From: Nemertoderma westbladi
Lineage: Eukaryota; Animalia; Xenacoelomorpha
Length of the DNA stretch: 64,000 nt
NCBI GenBank assembly: GCA_032718475.1
Contig: JAUCBJ010006864.1
Coordinates: 1 to 64,000, forward strand
Reading direction: 5' to 3'
The position numbers were made by a program, and so were the translations under genes. The notes under the pieces are model-generated. The model was not told the DNA's origin and searched no databases. It saw nothing but the letters and a program-made list of their open reading frames with translations. Positions 49,385 through 61,745 of the stretch are shown piece by piece. Within the stretch, counting starts at the first letter, position 1. Each line of letters starts with the position of its first letter.

Positions 49385-52300
49385 ATGTCTGACGCAAAGC
49401 AGAACCTGTCAGACAGTCTACTAGATACAACCGAAAGCAAAGTGACAGCAGAGAGACCGCGAACGAGAGACGCTATCGACATCTATCTGTCAGACTATCA
49501 ACGTTTCCTAGGTGATGAAGAGTTGAGGAGACGACTGTCTGGACTTCGCCCTAATAGTGAAGGAGCCAAGCTTGTGTTGGACGCAATCGATGTAGATAGG
49601 TTAGCTGCGAACCAAGCTAAATTCGATGAAAGCATCCGCCTCACTAAGGTTCAAGAGGAACAAGTAAAGAAAAAACGGATAGAAGACAGAAAGACAGCAG
49701 CAGCAGCAATGGCAGCGGCAGAAACGGAAAGAAAAGCGACAGAGGCAGCGGCAGAGGCAAAAGCAGCAGCTGCAGCAGTAGAAGCGGAAAGAAAAGCGGC
49801 AGCGGCAGAGGCAAAAGCAGCAGCTGCAGCAGTAGAAGCGGAAAGAAAGGCGGCAGCGGCAGAAGCGGAAAGAAAGATAGCAGTGGCAGAAGCAGAACGG
49901 AGGGCATCTGAAGAGACAACCCAACTAGAGTTGGAAAATCTTCAAGAGAGGCAAGACAACTTCAATAAACAGTTAACAGCTAGTCAAATCCAGATGATGA
50001 GACGATCTACTCACAAACGGCAGGGATTTACATCATCTGATGAAGGCGATACCACCGATCCTGAAGGTGGATGAAATAGATCTCGTCTAAGCAGCCGTAG
50101 AAGAATGTCCCACCGTCAGAAATTGCCTGATTTGCCCCCAACTGTTAGAAGGCAACTAACTAACACAGGCTTAGGTAGTACAGAACCCACAGACCAAATA
50201 ATTAAAATAGAAAGACTCCCTACTATAGTAGATGAGCCTGAAATAATTAGGCCTGTTCTTGAAATCACCCCTTCGGTGATAGAGACACCTGTGCTCCCAG
50301 AACCTATCTCTAAATTCCCTCTTCACAGCACTAGACTGCCTGTGCCCCACAGAACCACCCCTGAAAATGTTCATGTCCCTGACTCCGAGCGAAATATTAA
50401 TGATTTGTCGCCCGTTGTCCCTCGTCCACCCGCTACAACGTTGGTGAATCCTGCTTCGGCGGTTGATTGGGTGGATGAGAGACAGCGGGGGATGGATCTC
50501 CTGCTCGGGCAGATGCAGGAGACTGTTAAGCAGTTCAAGGGCACAGTAAGGGAAAGTAGGTTAGAGTTGCAAGAAGTGCAGCAAAGTATCACGTTAGAAC
50601 GCGATAAATTAGTAAATACACAAAAGGGTATACCACCACCCCCGGTAACAATGTGTCAACCTGTTAGGTCTGAAGTATCTCATGCGCAAGGTGTGGAGCC
50701 TACACGCATCTATACTGCTAGCGAAGTAGAAACTCCTATAGTGAACCCTATTAAGGGTAATTATAAACCTGTGGACAATGATATTCCCTATAGACCTGAT
50801 TATAATCCGAGAAATTTATATACCAATAACTCGATATTAAATAACACGATGGCCCAAGAAAGTTTTACTCGTCAAATGGCTAGAACCGAAGCCCATCAAG
50901 CGGTAAAGGTGGGAGAGATTAGTCAAGTTCAATGGAGATGAGATGAAATGGTTACCTTTTAATGAATATTATAAAGATAACATACAGAACTCTGTGATAT
51001 CTAACGGAGAGAAACTGAGATTCCTCATCGAGTGTTTGGAAGGATCTCCCAAGTTAATGGCGTTAAAGTTTATTGGACATCCAGATGGATTAAGACAAGT
51101 TTGGGATACACTAAACATCAGGTATGGTAATAGGACTAACATAGCTAGGTATTTATATGCGAAATTAATGGCGCCCCGAAAGTTTCTTAGCAGCGGGATT
51201 ATAGAGTTTTCCGACGAGATTCAGGAGATCTGTAGACAACTAGATTGGTTAGGTAAGTCTCATGAATACCAGAATTCTATGGTTGTAGGAGCCTTAGCAT
51301 CTACTTTGCCCAAGGGTAGAGTAGGTACACGCTGGGACAAGAAAGTGTTATATATGATGGAACAACAACGAAGAGACCCTACCATGGCTGATCTCATGTC
51401 ATTCTTAGACAGAGAGGTAAAATTACAGCTCCTAAAACAGTCCAGAGAGAAGACACCGGAAAATAAGGTAAGTGAGAAACCCGTTTCTAGGAGAAAGGTA
51501 ATACCAGTGTGTTATACCGACGACGGCGAAAGCCAGACTTCTCAAGGAGAGGACAGCGGGAAAGACACTGAAAGATCTTATTATGTCAATAAAACGCCTA
51601 AAGAACAGGTAAGTAAATTCAAGTCTCGAACCCATGACAGGAGAGAACAGATAAGAAAAACTCCTCCTACGTCTCCTAAGAGAATTCATAGAAGAAAGCC
51701 CGAGGAAAGAACAAGTGTGCACCGCACAGCACAGGTTAAAGTAAGTAACATCAAGCCCAAATGTGTGTTGTGCGACGGGCCCCACCGTTTAAGTGCGTGT
51801 GATGAATTCCTGAGGAAATCATTAAAAGATAGACGTGAAGTCATGTGGGATAAGCGGTTGTGTTATAATTGCCTCAGACGAGGACACCAACGGCGAACCT
51901 GTTACTCTGACGCAAGGTGTGCAAAGTGCGGTGCAAAACATCATATCTTGTTGCACACTGAATTTGAACGAAACAGCCCGAGTCAGGTAAGTGAGTCCGA
52001 ACTGCATGTCCAATTCAGTGATGTGAACGACACTGACCAAAGTTCTGAGATGGAAGGATTCTATACAGACGAATTCTCCGACCAAGACGAATCCTGTTAC
52101 CTAATAAATACCGCAGTGTATCGAGCACTTAAGTATGAAAGAGACCCCGACAGCGACCTTACCCTAACTACTTCTGATCGACAACCATCTTGGAAAGCGC
52201 CAACTTCCAATGTAGGAATCCGAGAATTTCCTGTAGTACAGTTAAGGGTCCACGGACCTAAAAGGAGTTATATAGTGAACGCCCTCCTTGACTCCGGTAG

Positions 52301-53195
52301 CACAGGAACATTCATCGACAAAGAACTAGCCGAAGACATCTTTGCTGGACAACCCAAGTTCCGAACTAAGCTAAACATGTCAGGAATTATGCAGGTTTGG
52401 AAATCTACCGTAATAGCTGATTATTATGTAGGTGCATTGTCCACCCCCCAGGATGAACTAGGAGAACATAGTATAAGGTCAGTAAAGATGGTGGCGATAA
52501 AGAACTTCGCTACCAGCCAAGTGGAACCTTATAACTGGGATGAGGACGATTTCACCCAGCAGCTTGAAATACCTAGATTCGACACCGATTACCCTGGAGT
52601 GCAAATACTCATCGGTCAAAACGCGCATGAAGCACTCGAGACATTGGAGAAACGGCCTGCTCAACCGCAACCACTACAAACTTATGCGGGAAGAACTAGA
52701 GTAGGTTGGTACCTTACTGGTCCGTCCCGTAGAACACTCATGGAAAGGTTGCCCAAAGAACGGGTCTACCACGTAATTAAATGGGAAGTGGAGAGCAGTG
52801 AGGTGGACGATCCAACTGAGGAAATACCATACTCCTCAGATAATGACGATATTAACTCCAATGTAGATCAATGGAGACATTGTCTTGGGATGATTAATCC
52901 AGCCGACATCGCTTCCAGAGGAGCAACTCCTCAAGAACTGATAGATACTCCAGGTTGGCTAGGTGGACCCGACTTCCTAAGTAAAGAAGAAGATGAATGG
53001 CCTCCTCATCTTACCACGGTGGAGATTAGACAGGCCAAGGGAGCGGAGAAAGTAACACAACAACTCAATCACCCAGCTGGTCGTTTATGTTTACTGGAAA
53101 GAGACCGAAAACTGTCCGGAAACTATGGAAGGCAAGATACTCTTCCTACGACCACCTCCCTAATCCGACAAATATCTAGGGACTCCATAACATAA
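49385..53195 (+). pseudogene. BEL/Pao gag-protease fused to an RNase H tail (one stop, one frameshift, RT deleted)
   Basis: In-frame stop 50072-50074, frameshift ~50930; KLRFLIECLEG, Cys-His knuckles CVLCDGPH/CYNCL..GH/CAKCGAKHH, ALLDSGSTGTF, then directly QWRHCLG..NPADIASRG...W..GP.FL. Confidence 0.88.
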
Positions 53196-54854
53196 CAACA
53201 TACGGAGTGGGTGTGTGACTATATTATTTTATATTTGTTTTTTATTATTTTATATTTATGTACGTATTATTATGTAATTTTATTATAATCGTTTTCTTTA
53301 ATTTTATTTAGTAGAAGGTTATTTAAGCGATTATTTAGTAGATTAGTGCAATATATTAGTGTTTATTACTTAAGTACTTATATATTATATATTTAGTGCG
53401 ACGGCAAGAAATAATTATTTTTCTTTTTCCTTACTGTCCGTATCATATTATAAATACGTGACTACAGTAAGATGAAATATCTGTACTTATTAAAGTACCA
53501 TAAAGCTCCTACTATATTCAAGTATTATTGGTAGGCAGAGTATTAGGAATGCAAAGTTCAGATCCTCGTGTCTCGGCTAAACCAAGCTCTGGGTAGACCT
53601 TGGAAACGACTTGCCTCTTCACACTGACATTGCTTCGTGTGATATTGCTCTCATACCGTATATTAAATAATACATATAGTAGCGTGATGTCTCTTTAACA
53701 GTAGCGTAAAACGCAAAATAAATCTGTTAAACCCTTTGACCATCTGTAATTCTAGTCGATTAAGATATCGCGGCACCCACCGATATACTTGAAAGACAAA
53801 ATTTAGAATCAGTGGTTAACGTTCCCAGACAAGTTCTGGAATAAATTGGTACCCATCTTAAATATTATATAATTAATATTTATAAAATTCTATAAATCAA
53901 AATCCGTTAAAATTTAGATCCTTTGGAATTATAGTCAATTAAGATATCGTAGTACTTACCGATACTCTTAAAAGGACAAATTTCCTAGAATTAAGGATCC
54001 TCGTCCCCAGACATGCTCTGGAATAAAATTGTGTCTATTTAATATTAAATAATAAAATTACGGGAATAAATTTAAATTCATTTTTAATGAATTTGATAAG
54101 TTGTTATTTTATACAATTTATAACATTCCCAAAATTCCATTAATTAATAGATCATGGGAGCGGAGATTCACCCTATTAAGTGTATGAGAGTGCGAGAATC
54201 TCCAATATATGGTCAATAGCCGATAAAATTCATAAAATCATATATAAAGAGGGATATTGACAATTAAAGAATTACTATTAAATAGCATTCCAGATCTGTA
54301 TGCATGAGAATTACCCTAATTCTACTGCTAGCTTTCCATAATGTCACCATAGCAACAACCACGCTAGAATTAGAAACGAGTTAACAGAACAATAAAAGCT
54401 TGCCCATTGAATAGCATACGGAATAAATAGCACACCGCGAGTATCCAAGGATACACAATAACAACGTGACATTCTGGAAAGCACTTGACTAACGGACAAA
54501 TGGCCCGAATGTGTGATAGAATGTGTACAATTTGTGACAGTTACGTGGAATTTGTGCGTTTGTAGGTGAATGTTACTACTAAGGTGTGTTTACAGTAGCG
54601 AGTCGCAGTTGTGAAAGTAACCTTAACTCTGCAGTAAGAACCTGAAGTAAATCTATGCCCTTGGGACGGACAGTGGAGTGACTCGTGCCGGTTATCGTTG
54701 TCGTTGTGTAGCTACTACGTTGGCGAAAAACACAGCGACGACGGTATATCGGCGCTGAGGATCTTGCACTGTCCGGGGGCTGAGAGGGGTAGGCGGCGAA
54801 GCTCGCTGGCCTAATTATAACTCATTATAACATTGATAAACTCATATAGCAGAT

Positions 54855-56396
54855 ATGACTGAGTTGATAGAAGATGATCTTGGTATCAGGGAGCGATATA
54901 CTCTACCTTTACAAGCGTTTGTTGATAGCTTGATACGCGGCGACGCTGGTCCAACTACTACGAAGGACGATGGTCGTTATATCGAACCGCCAATGTCCCA
55001 GGAGCAACTTACGCGTGAGTTGGACTATAGAAAATTCACCGCTCGCTATACGCATCGTAATGGTACGTATATGGGCTTCTTAACTACTGGTCATCCTATC
55101 GATTTACACGATACGGACGATGTCGACACCGAAAGGGAAATGGTTTTATTTAAATATCATACCCAGCGGAAGCGGAACGATAAACTGAGACTCGAACACG
55201 ACAATTCTATTTGAAACCGACTCGAAAGTGTAGGATGTTGAAGAGCCGGATAAATGCAGCGACTTCAACAAATATCTGGAATTCTTGAGAGAAACATATC
55301 TCAATATTACCAGTCAACAGAATCTAGAAACTCGATATCCTCAAGGTATACATCATGACCGCATGGTAGAACTCAAACGGCTCTATTCCACTATGATGTA
55401 TCTTACCGCCGATCGATCGCTACCTGTTGTATCGGATAGCTTCGAACAGATGGAGGAATATTGTAAACTGGAGAAAGATCACTCGCGTTTCCCCTACAAG
55501 ACGTGCGTCTTTGGTATTATTGCGATGAATGCCCTAGACCCAACCAACAAACGGAAAGACATAAACATCTGCGGAGATGTTGCGCTAAACACGGTTTTAC
55601 TCGCTATACTTACGGGAGTTTCGAGCAAATTTGTTTGACGTATCACCTACGCTCGTTCGACTCAGACGATCCTTAAATAAACCAATGATCAGAGTTCCGG
55701 AATACTTGATCAGACCTCCTCATTCCATAATGAGACCTCAGACTCTTGATCCTATTAGTATGACGGATCCTCCCGAGCTGTACTCACTGTTCAAAGATCT
55801 AGTGTTAACCTAACAATTAGTCGGTGGCACTCCGGTTGTGGGCTCCCTAAATATCCGCCCATCTTACCTGGCCAGATTGGGGCGCGGACACCTAATATCG
55901 CCATTCAACCATATAATCTTCCCCGTTCAACACGATACAACCCGTCATCGAGGTGGAGGAGAGCGTTGCACGAAACGAGTTAGACGCTATTCTACCAAAG
56001 ATCAGAAAAGAAACCTACGTTTGTTCAGATAAACTTAAATTGTAACAGCAAGTCCAAGCGGTAAACGGATTGACTTTATCTCAGTTCGATCGGGAAATCC
56101 AGAATCTCTAGGACGATATCGAACTTGGACGACCCTATTATCTACGAGAGTTTTTGGACGAACGTATCCAACGACGAGCGGAGGAAAATCAGCTCGAGGA
56201 GAAGCATATCGAAATGGACGAGACACCGGCCGTAACCCTAAACCTTCTGATGCAATTGTATTGCACCCTTCCCGCAGGAGTTATAGCCCTCCTAGTAAAG
56301 TGGCTCGCCCCAAAGAGAAAAGGACTCTTGCTAGTCTCAAAAAACTGCGTAAACGCCGTCCTCGCAAGAAAAACTAACTGTTTAGAGTATTCTTAG
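54855..56396 (+). pseudogene. Disrupted additional ORF of unknown function upstream of the 3' LTR
   Basis: Consecutive same-strand ORF pieces (54855, 55285, 55631, 55838, 56154) joined by frameshifts and stops, with coding-like composition against an AT-rich flank. Confidence 0.55.
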
Positions 56397-59124
56397 ATTT
56401 TAGAAACTGTGATTTTTTATATTTTATAGAATTAAATCCCATTTTCTGGGAGCGGTGTAAAGGCTTTTGCGGGATTAGCTAGTCATTTTTTCCCCGCAAA
56501 GTACTCTGTAGATGTTTTGAAGGACATAAAAGTCGTTTCCTTACTGTACCGGTATTTTAGTGGACATAAAAAGCTATTTTTCTGAATGTGTACTTTGGCG
56601 GACACAACTAGCAATCCTATGTCGCAATACGCCATAATACTCTCTACACAGTGTAGTTCAGATTACGACATCTATCAGCTGATTTGGTGTACTCGTGGAA
56701 GTTTCTTTGTTCAGGCCCACTCTGTGCAATCACTCAACCAATCAGAGCGATTATCTTGCTTTTTGTACAGAAACCTCCGAGAAATCGCGCAATGCATTAC
56801 GGTTTATGTTTACCTTTTTTCCTAATGCTACGAACATCGGCTGTGGAATAATTCTGTGTTTCAGACTTTAGCCAAACATTAGAACGGCTTGATTACAGGA
56901 ACGTATAACTGTTACCGGTACGGTACCGGTACCTTACGGTACCACCGTGCACTCAATGCATTATGGCCTTTCACCGCATTATTTTACTGCTATTTACTGT
57001 CGGTTATTAATTGTATCAGTTGATGGAATATTATTGTTTTTTGGATAATATCGAGAAAGAATCATGAAAACCCCATCTTCTTGATATACTGAAGGTAAGA
57101 GACAGGTTACATATAGCAATTGCGACTCATATTATATTGGTTTTGGAGTGAATCTAATGCTATTTCATAAGCACTACATGGGTCAATTGCTGTTCTCTTT
57201 ATATGTGACTAAAATTAGTAAAGGTCGGCAGATTGGTGTGCAGTATTGTGCGATAGAGTGCATGGTTTGCCTGGTAACTAAGCATCTCCTAAAGAATGCG
57301 CCTTATACGTGAATCATAAGCCATACCGTTGTGTTTAGTATAAGTCATAACTCTGTTTACATAATTAGAGCGCCACGTCCTAAAGGAACTGTTAATATTT
57401 CCCGAAAGTGAATAATATTTGTCAGAGATTATATATTAACGATCAATCGAATAATACAGTAGGCTTACAACGCAATAAGGTCAAGTCTTCCGAATCCAGT
57501 CTCCCGGGTATATCCAACGGGTGAATGGTCGCGCACAAGGCTGGCTTCGGCTAATGTAGTGTTTATTTGTATCAAATACTTGTCATAGGCTAAAGTCGAT
57601 TTATAATCTAAAAGACATATAAATTTGGCAGGTTAAACTGCTAAAGGTCTTAAAAGCGCGAACACTTGTGACGTAACTACTGCATATCCATGACCAATTC
57701 TACCAGAAAAACTGCGAAAACCAATATTTAATGAGCTGCATGGATAAAAAGCAACTGTTCGAATAATAACCAGCCGATACATTTGGAAGCATGCCAAGAG
57801 AGATATCACTGAATGGTGGTGTAGAGCCTGCCTTACATGCCAACAAAATAAAATCCTTAACATTGGAAGGCTCCTCTTAAACCATTCCCACTAACTCAGA
57901 GATTTACCCACGTTCACTCCGATATTGTTGGACCCCTACCAACATGTACTGGCGACCAACCATATCAATACATTGTGACCTTTATAGACCGCAATACAGG
58001 ACGGGTTAAGGCAAGTCCAGTTACTTCAATAACTGCTGAATCCACAGCTGCAGCATTTATCCAGAGTTGGTTCTCACGATTTGGTAGACCTCTCTATCTA
58101 ACAACTGACAGAGGTAAACAGTTCGAGTCTGAACTCATGTCTAAGATTTCCAAACTCATTGGTTTTCAGCGTATGAGGACTACTTTATACCACCCACAAT
58201 CCAATGGAAGATAGAAAGATTTCACAGAATAATGAAATCTCCACCCAAAGCCCGAAAGGAAGAGTGGTGTGACGCCCTACCCATTACTCTCTTCAGTCAC
58301 CATATCACAGAGTCCCATGTAACAGGAGTCTCGAACTTGTTACTGGCTCAAAGGCTCTCCTCCCAGCCAGTGTAGTACCAACAGATGAGACATTCAATTC
58401 GGACTTCGTAAACAAACTACACAAACATGAAATCGAGTACCGAATAATAGAGAATTCTAATAGCCACATTGCAACCGCGACAAAAACTCACGTTCCAGCG
58501 CGACTACAGACTTGTGAACAGGTGTTCGACCGGGTTAAGAAACCACTTGAGGCGCCCTATCAAGGCCCCTTCGAGGTTTTGACACACTCAGACAAACTAT
58601 TTGTGATACTAAAACACCTGCAGGCGAACAGACTATCTATCGATCGCTTAAAGCCGTGCCACATACTCTGTACTGTTTAAACCCCACCCACCATTCCATT
58701 TTTAGGATGGTGGAGTTGTGTAGTGCGAGCAACAGAGGTGTGCAGCATGCCTGTATGAACTAGAATAATTCGAACTGACATTTAATATATCATACATACT
58801 GTAAATCCCTAATAACATTGACACTAACTTAGAAGCATGAAGACCACATAATGTAGTGTAGTAAATATCCTATTAGTTCCTATTTTATTATCTTTTCCTA
58901 CTCTGTTCTAAATAATATTTGTATGTCTACCATATTGATATTAGTGCCATTATAGAATAGATAATGTAGTTAGTGATGCATGCGAGAGATTGTGTTATTT
59001 AAAGGCAAGATAGAAAAAGGAAGCAAGGAAAAACATTTAGAGAAACATTAAAACCTTAACTAATACAAATAAACTTCATTTTATAACTCCACAATAAATA
59101 AACTTTACACTGCTATTATGGAAC

Positions 59125-60891
59125 CGCAATAATTTTTATTGTCCGTTTTTATCCTTTTTTTGTCCTTTTTTTTTATTTTTTATGTCTTCCAAAAGTCTAA
59201 TGTTATTCTGTATTTTAGTACCGGTACCGGCACTGGTACTGCTATAGGCCTACTGTGTAGCCTACCATTTAAATACGGTAATGGGAGGCCTACTGGCCTA
59301 CCGGTTGTGCTAATAAATTTTAAATAATTGATAGGCGAAACTGGATTGCAGGATTGTGGAAAATGTGGATATATCTTTCACATAATTTAGGCCTATTACT
59401 GTAATAGTTTTATAATCAATAATGGATCATGACTACTGTCTGAGTAGTGTTACGGATAGCGGTACCACTACTTCCAACAGCACAGAAGGCCCGCCTCTGT
59501 AATCTGCCCCTTTCCCTCAATTAGCTAAATGATCGTTTATTGTTTTGGTTAGATAATCCCGCCTCTGTAACCTGCTCCTTTCCCTCAATTGGTAATGTTA
59601 TCGTTTATTGTTTTGGTTAGAAAATCCCGCCTCTGTAACCTGCTCCTTTCTCTCAATTGGTAATGTTATTGTTTATTGTTTTGGTTAGAAAATCCTGTCT
59701 CTGTAACCTGCTCCTTTCCCTCAATTAGGTAAATGATCGTTTATTGTTTTGGTTAGAAAATCCCGTCTCTGTAACCTGCTCCTTTCCCTGATTTGGTAAA
59801 GTGACTGTTTATTGTTTTGGTTAGAAAGGCCCGCCTCTGTAACCTGCCCCTTTCCCTCAATTAGCTAAATGATCGTTTATTGTTTTGGTTAGATAATCCC
59901 GCCTCTGTAACCTGCTTCTTTCCCTCAATTGGTAATGTTATCGTTTATTGTTTTGGTTAGAAAATCCCGCCTCTGTAACCTGCTCCTTTCTCTCAATTGG
60001 TAATGTTATCGTTTATTGTTTTGGTTAGAAAATCCCGTCTCTGTAACCTGCTCCTTTCCCTCAATTAGTTAAATGATCGTTTATTGTTTTGGTTAGAAAA
60101 TCCCGTCTCTGTAACCTGCTCCTTTCCCTGATTTGGTAAAGTGACTGTTTATTTGTTTTGGTTAGAAAATCCCGCCTCTGTAACCTGCTCCTTTCCCTCA
60201 ATTAGTTTAAGTGATCGTTTATTGTTTTGGTTAGGAAATCCCGCCTCTGTAACCTGCTCCTTTCCCTCAATTGGTAATGTTATCGTTTATTGTTTTGGTT
60301 AGAAAATCCCGCCTCTGTAACCTGCTCCTTTCTCTCAATTGGTAATGTTATCGTTTATTGTTTTGGTTAGAAAATCCCGTCTCTGTAACCTGCTCCTTTC
60401 CCTCAATTAGTTAAATGATCGTTTATTGTTTTGGTTAGAAAATCCCGTCTCTGTAACCTGCTCCTTTCCCTGATTTGGTAAAGTGAATGTTTATTGTTTT
60501 GGTTAGAAAACTCGGCCTTAACCTGCTCCTTTCCTTCAATTGGTAATTGTTTTTGGCTATAAAATGAGTGTTTTGCTACGTCATGTGGTAATCGATTATC
60601 GACAACAACCACAAACTATTAAATATAGAGTCTTTTTACCACAGGCGCACATGGAAATCTATCTCATAGTCTATAAATCATGGAATCATGGAATGTTTTG
60701 GCACAGGCATAGTGAAATCCACTGTCTGACAGTCCAGAAATCAGCAGTCTGACAGTTTGAAGAAATACATACATAAAAAGTCATTAAAATGACAATAAAA
60801 GTCATTAAATGGACAACAAAAGTCATTATGCATAATTCGTAAAAAAAAATGACAAAAAAAGTCAAATAAAAGGACATAAAAAATCACTGCC
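59125..60891. mobile_element. MITE (9-bp TSD, Mutator-like) containing the 68-bp satellite
   Basis: TSD ttatggaac (59116-59124, 60892-60900); imperfect TIR cgcaataatttttattgtcc / ggacataaaaaatcactgcc. Confidence 0.7.
59485..60555. repeat. 68-bp satellite, ~15-16 copies, with ~340-bp higher-order repeat
   Basis: ctctgtaa recurs at 59495, 59563, 59631, 59699 and onward. Confidence 0.97.
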
Positions 60892-61745
60892 TTATGGAAC
60901 TACTGTACTGTAACTGTATGGAGAATCGGGAAGCCTGGAAGGATCTCATTTCCACCCGTCTGAATTCGCTCGACCTAATACTGTAGTAGTATAGTACAGT
61001 AGTAGTAGTATAGGCCTAGGTGATTATAGCTGAGTATAGGTGAGTACGGTGTTAGCACGAACCCATTGCTTGAGATTCCAACTTTCAACTCCAAGTAAGA
61101 TACTGTAGAACATTGTCTACTGGATTTTGAAAGTTGAAAGTTTACTTGTTATATGTGTTAATAATTTAATATCGTACACGAGCCTAAACTCGGCACTTCG
61201 TAAGTAGAAATTTACACCATTATATATAACAATATAGCATAAAATGTATAGCCTAGCGCTAGCCTATCTAATTAATAATGCGCAACGCAAAGTAACTACA
61301 AACAATACCATTTCCCCCATAGATAATTGGCGCCAACTACTAGCGAGGTATTGTTAGACAACCTCTGTTACGATTTTCTACAGTGACGAGGCCGCAAACC
61401 TTCCATTGTAAAGTTCCAGTATTTTTGTATTCCCTGAATCAATCACATAGTGTTACCCACCGATGTTGGTAAGGGATAGAGGCTCGATGTTCTTAGTAGC
61501 TACCGGTGTATTTGTTACATCTAGTGTATATTGGATCTAATAGGTACCGAATTCTATACCCACGTCCACTTATAAGGCGCTCCACTGCCCTAAGCATTGT
61601 AGCTGCTGCATTCAGTATTACAGTCAGCCAAACCCATAAAGTATTAAAGGCCCCGCCTGGTGAGGTTTGTGTCATTAATTTCACTTATATTGGTAATATT
61701 TAGGATGTCACATTTATACGTCAGTTAGTCTGAATTGTATTAAAT

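Larger units (their letters stand above)
43340..57664 (+). mobile_element. Non-autonomous BEL/Pao LTR retrotransposon with two 1209-bp LTRs (43340-47179 incl. insert; 56456-57664)
   Basis: TG...CA LTRs differing at about 13 sites by eye, 5-bp TSD cttgt, purine tract gggagcgg before the 3' LTR, BEL gag/protease motifs. Confidence 0.95.
40155..59109 (+). mobile_element. Decayed Ty3/Gypsy element (RT end, RNase H, integrase, 3' LTR ~58719-59109) split by two insertions
   Basis: FYRRYIP, TSDAS..AIGAAL...PLAFY|SRKL...WSTYDRELLA, TDHKPL, PGKSNIVADTLSR; resumes at 57670 with HSDIVGP, TTDRGKQFES, YHPQSNG, PYQGP; purine tract then tgt...aca LTR. Confidence 0.9.

Noticed and set aside
49601-49924. Cys-rich and Leu/Pro-rich minus-strand ORFs
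   Set aside because: Antisense shadows of the Ala/Glu/Lys repeat in gag.
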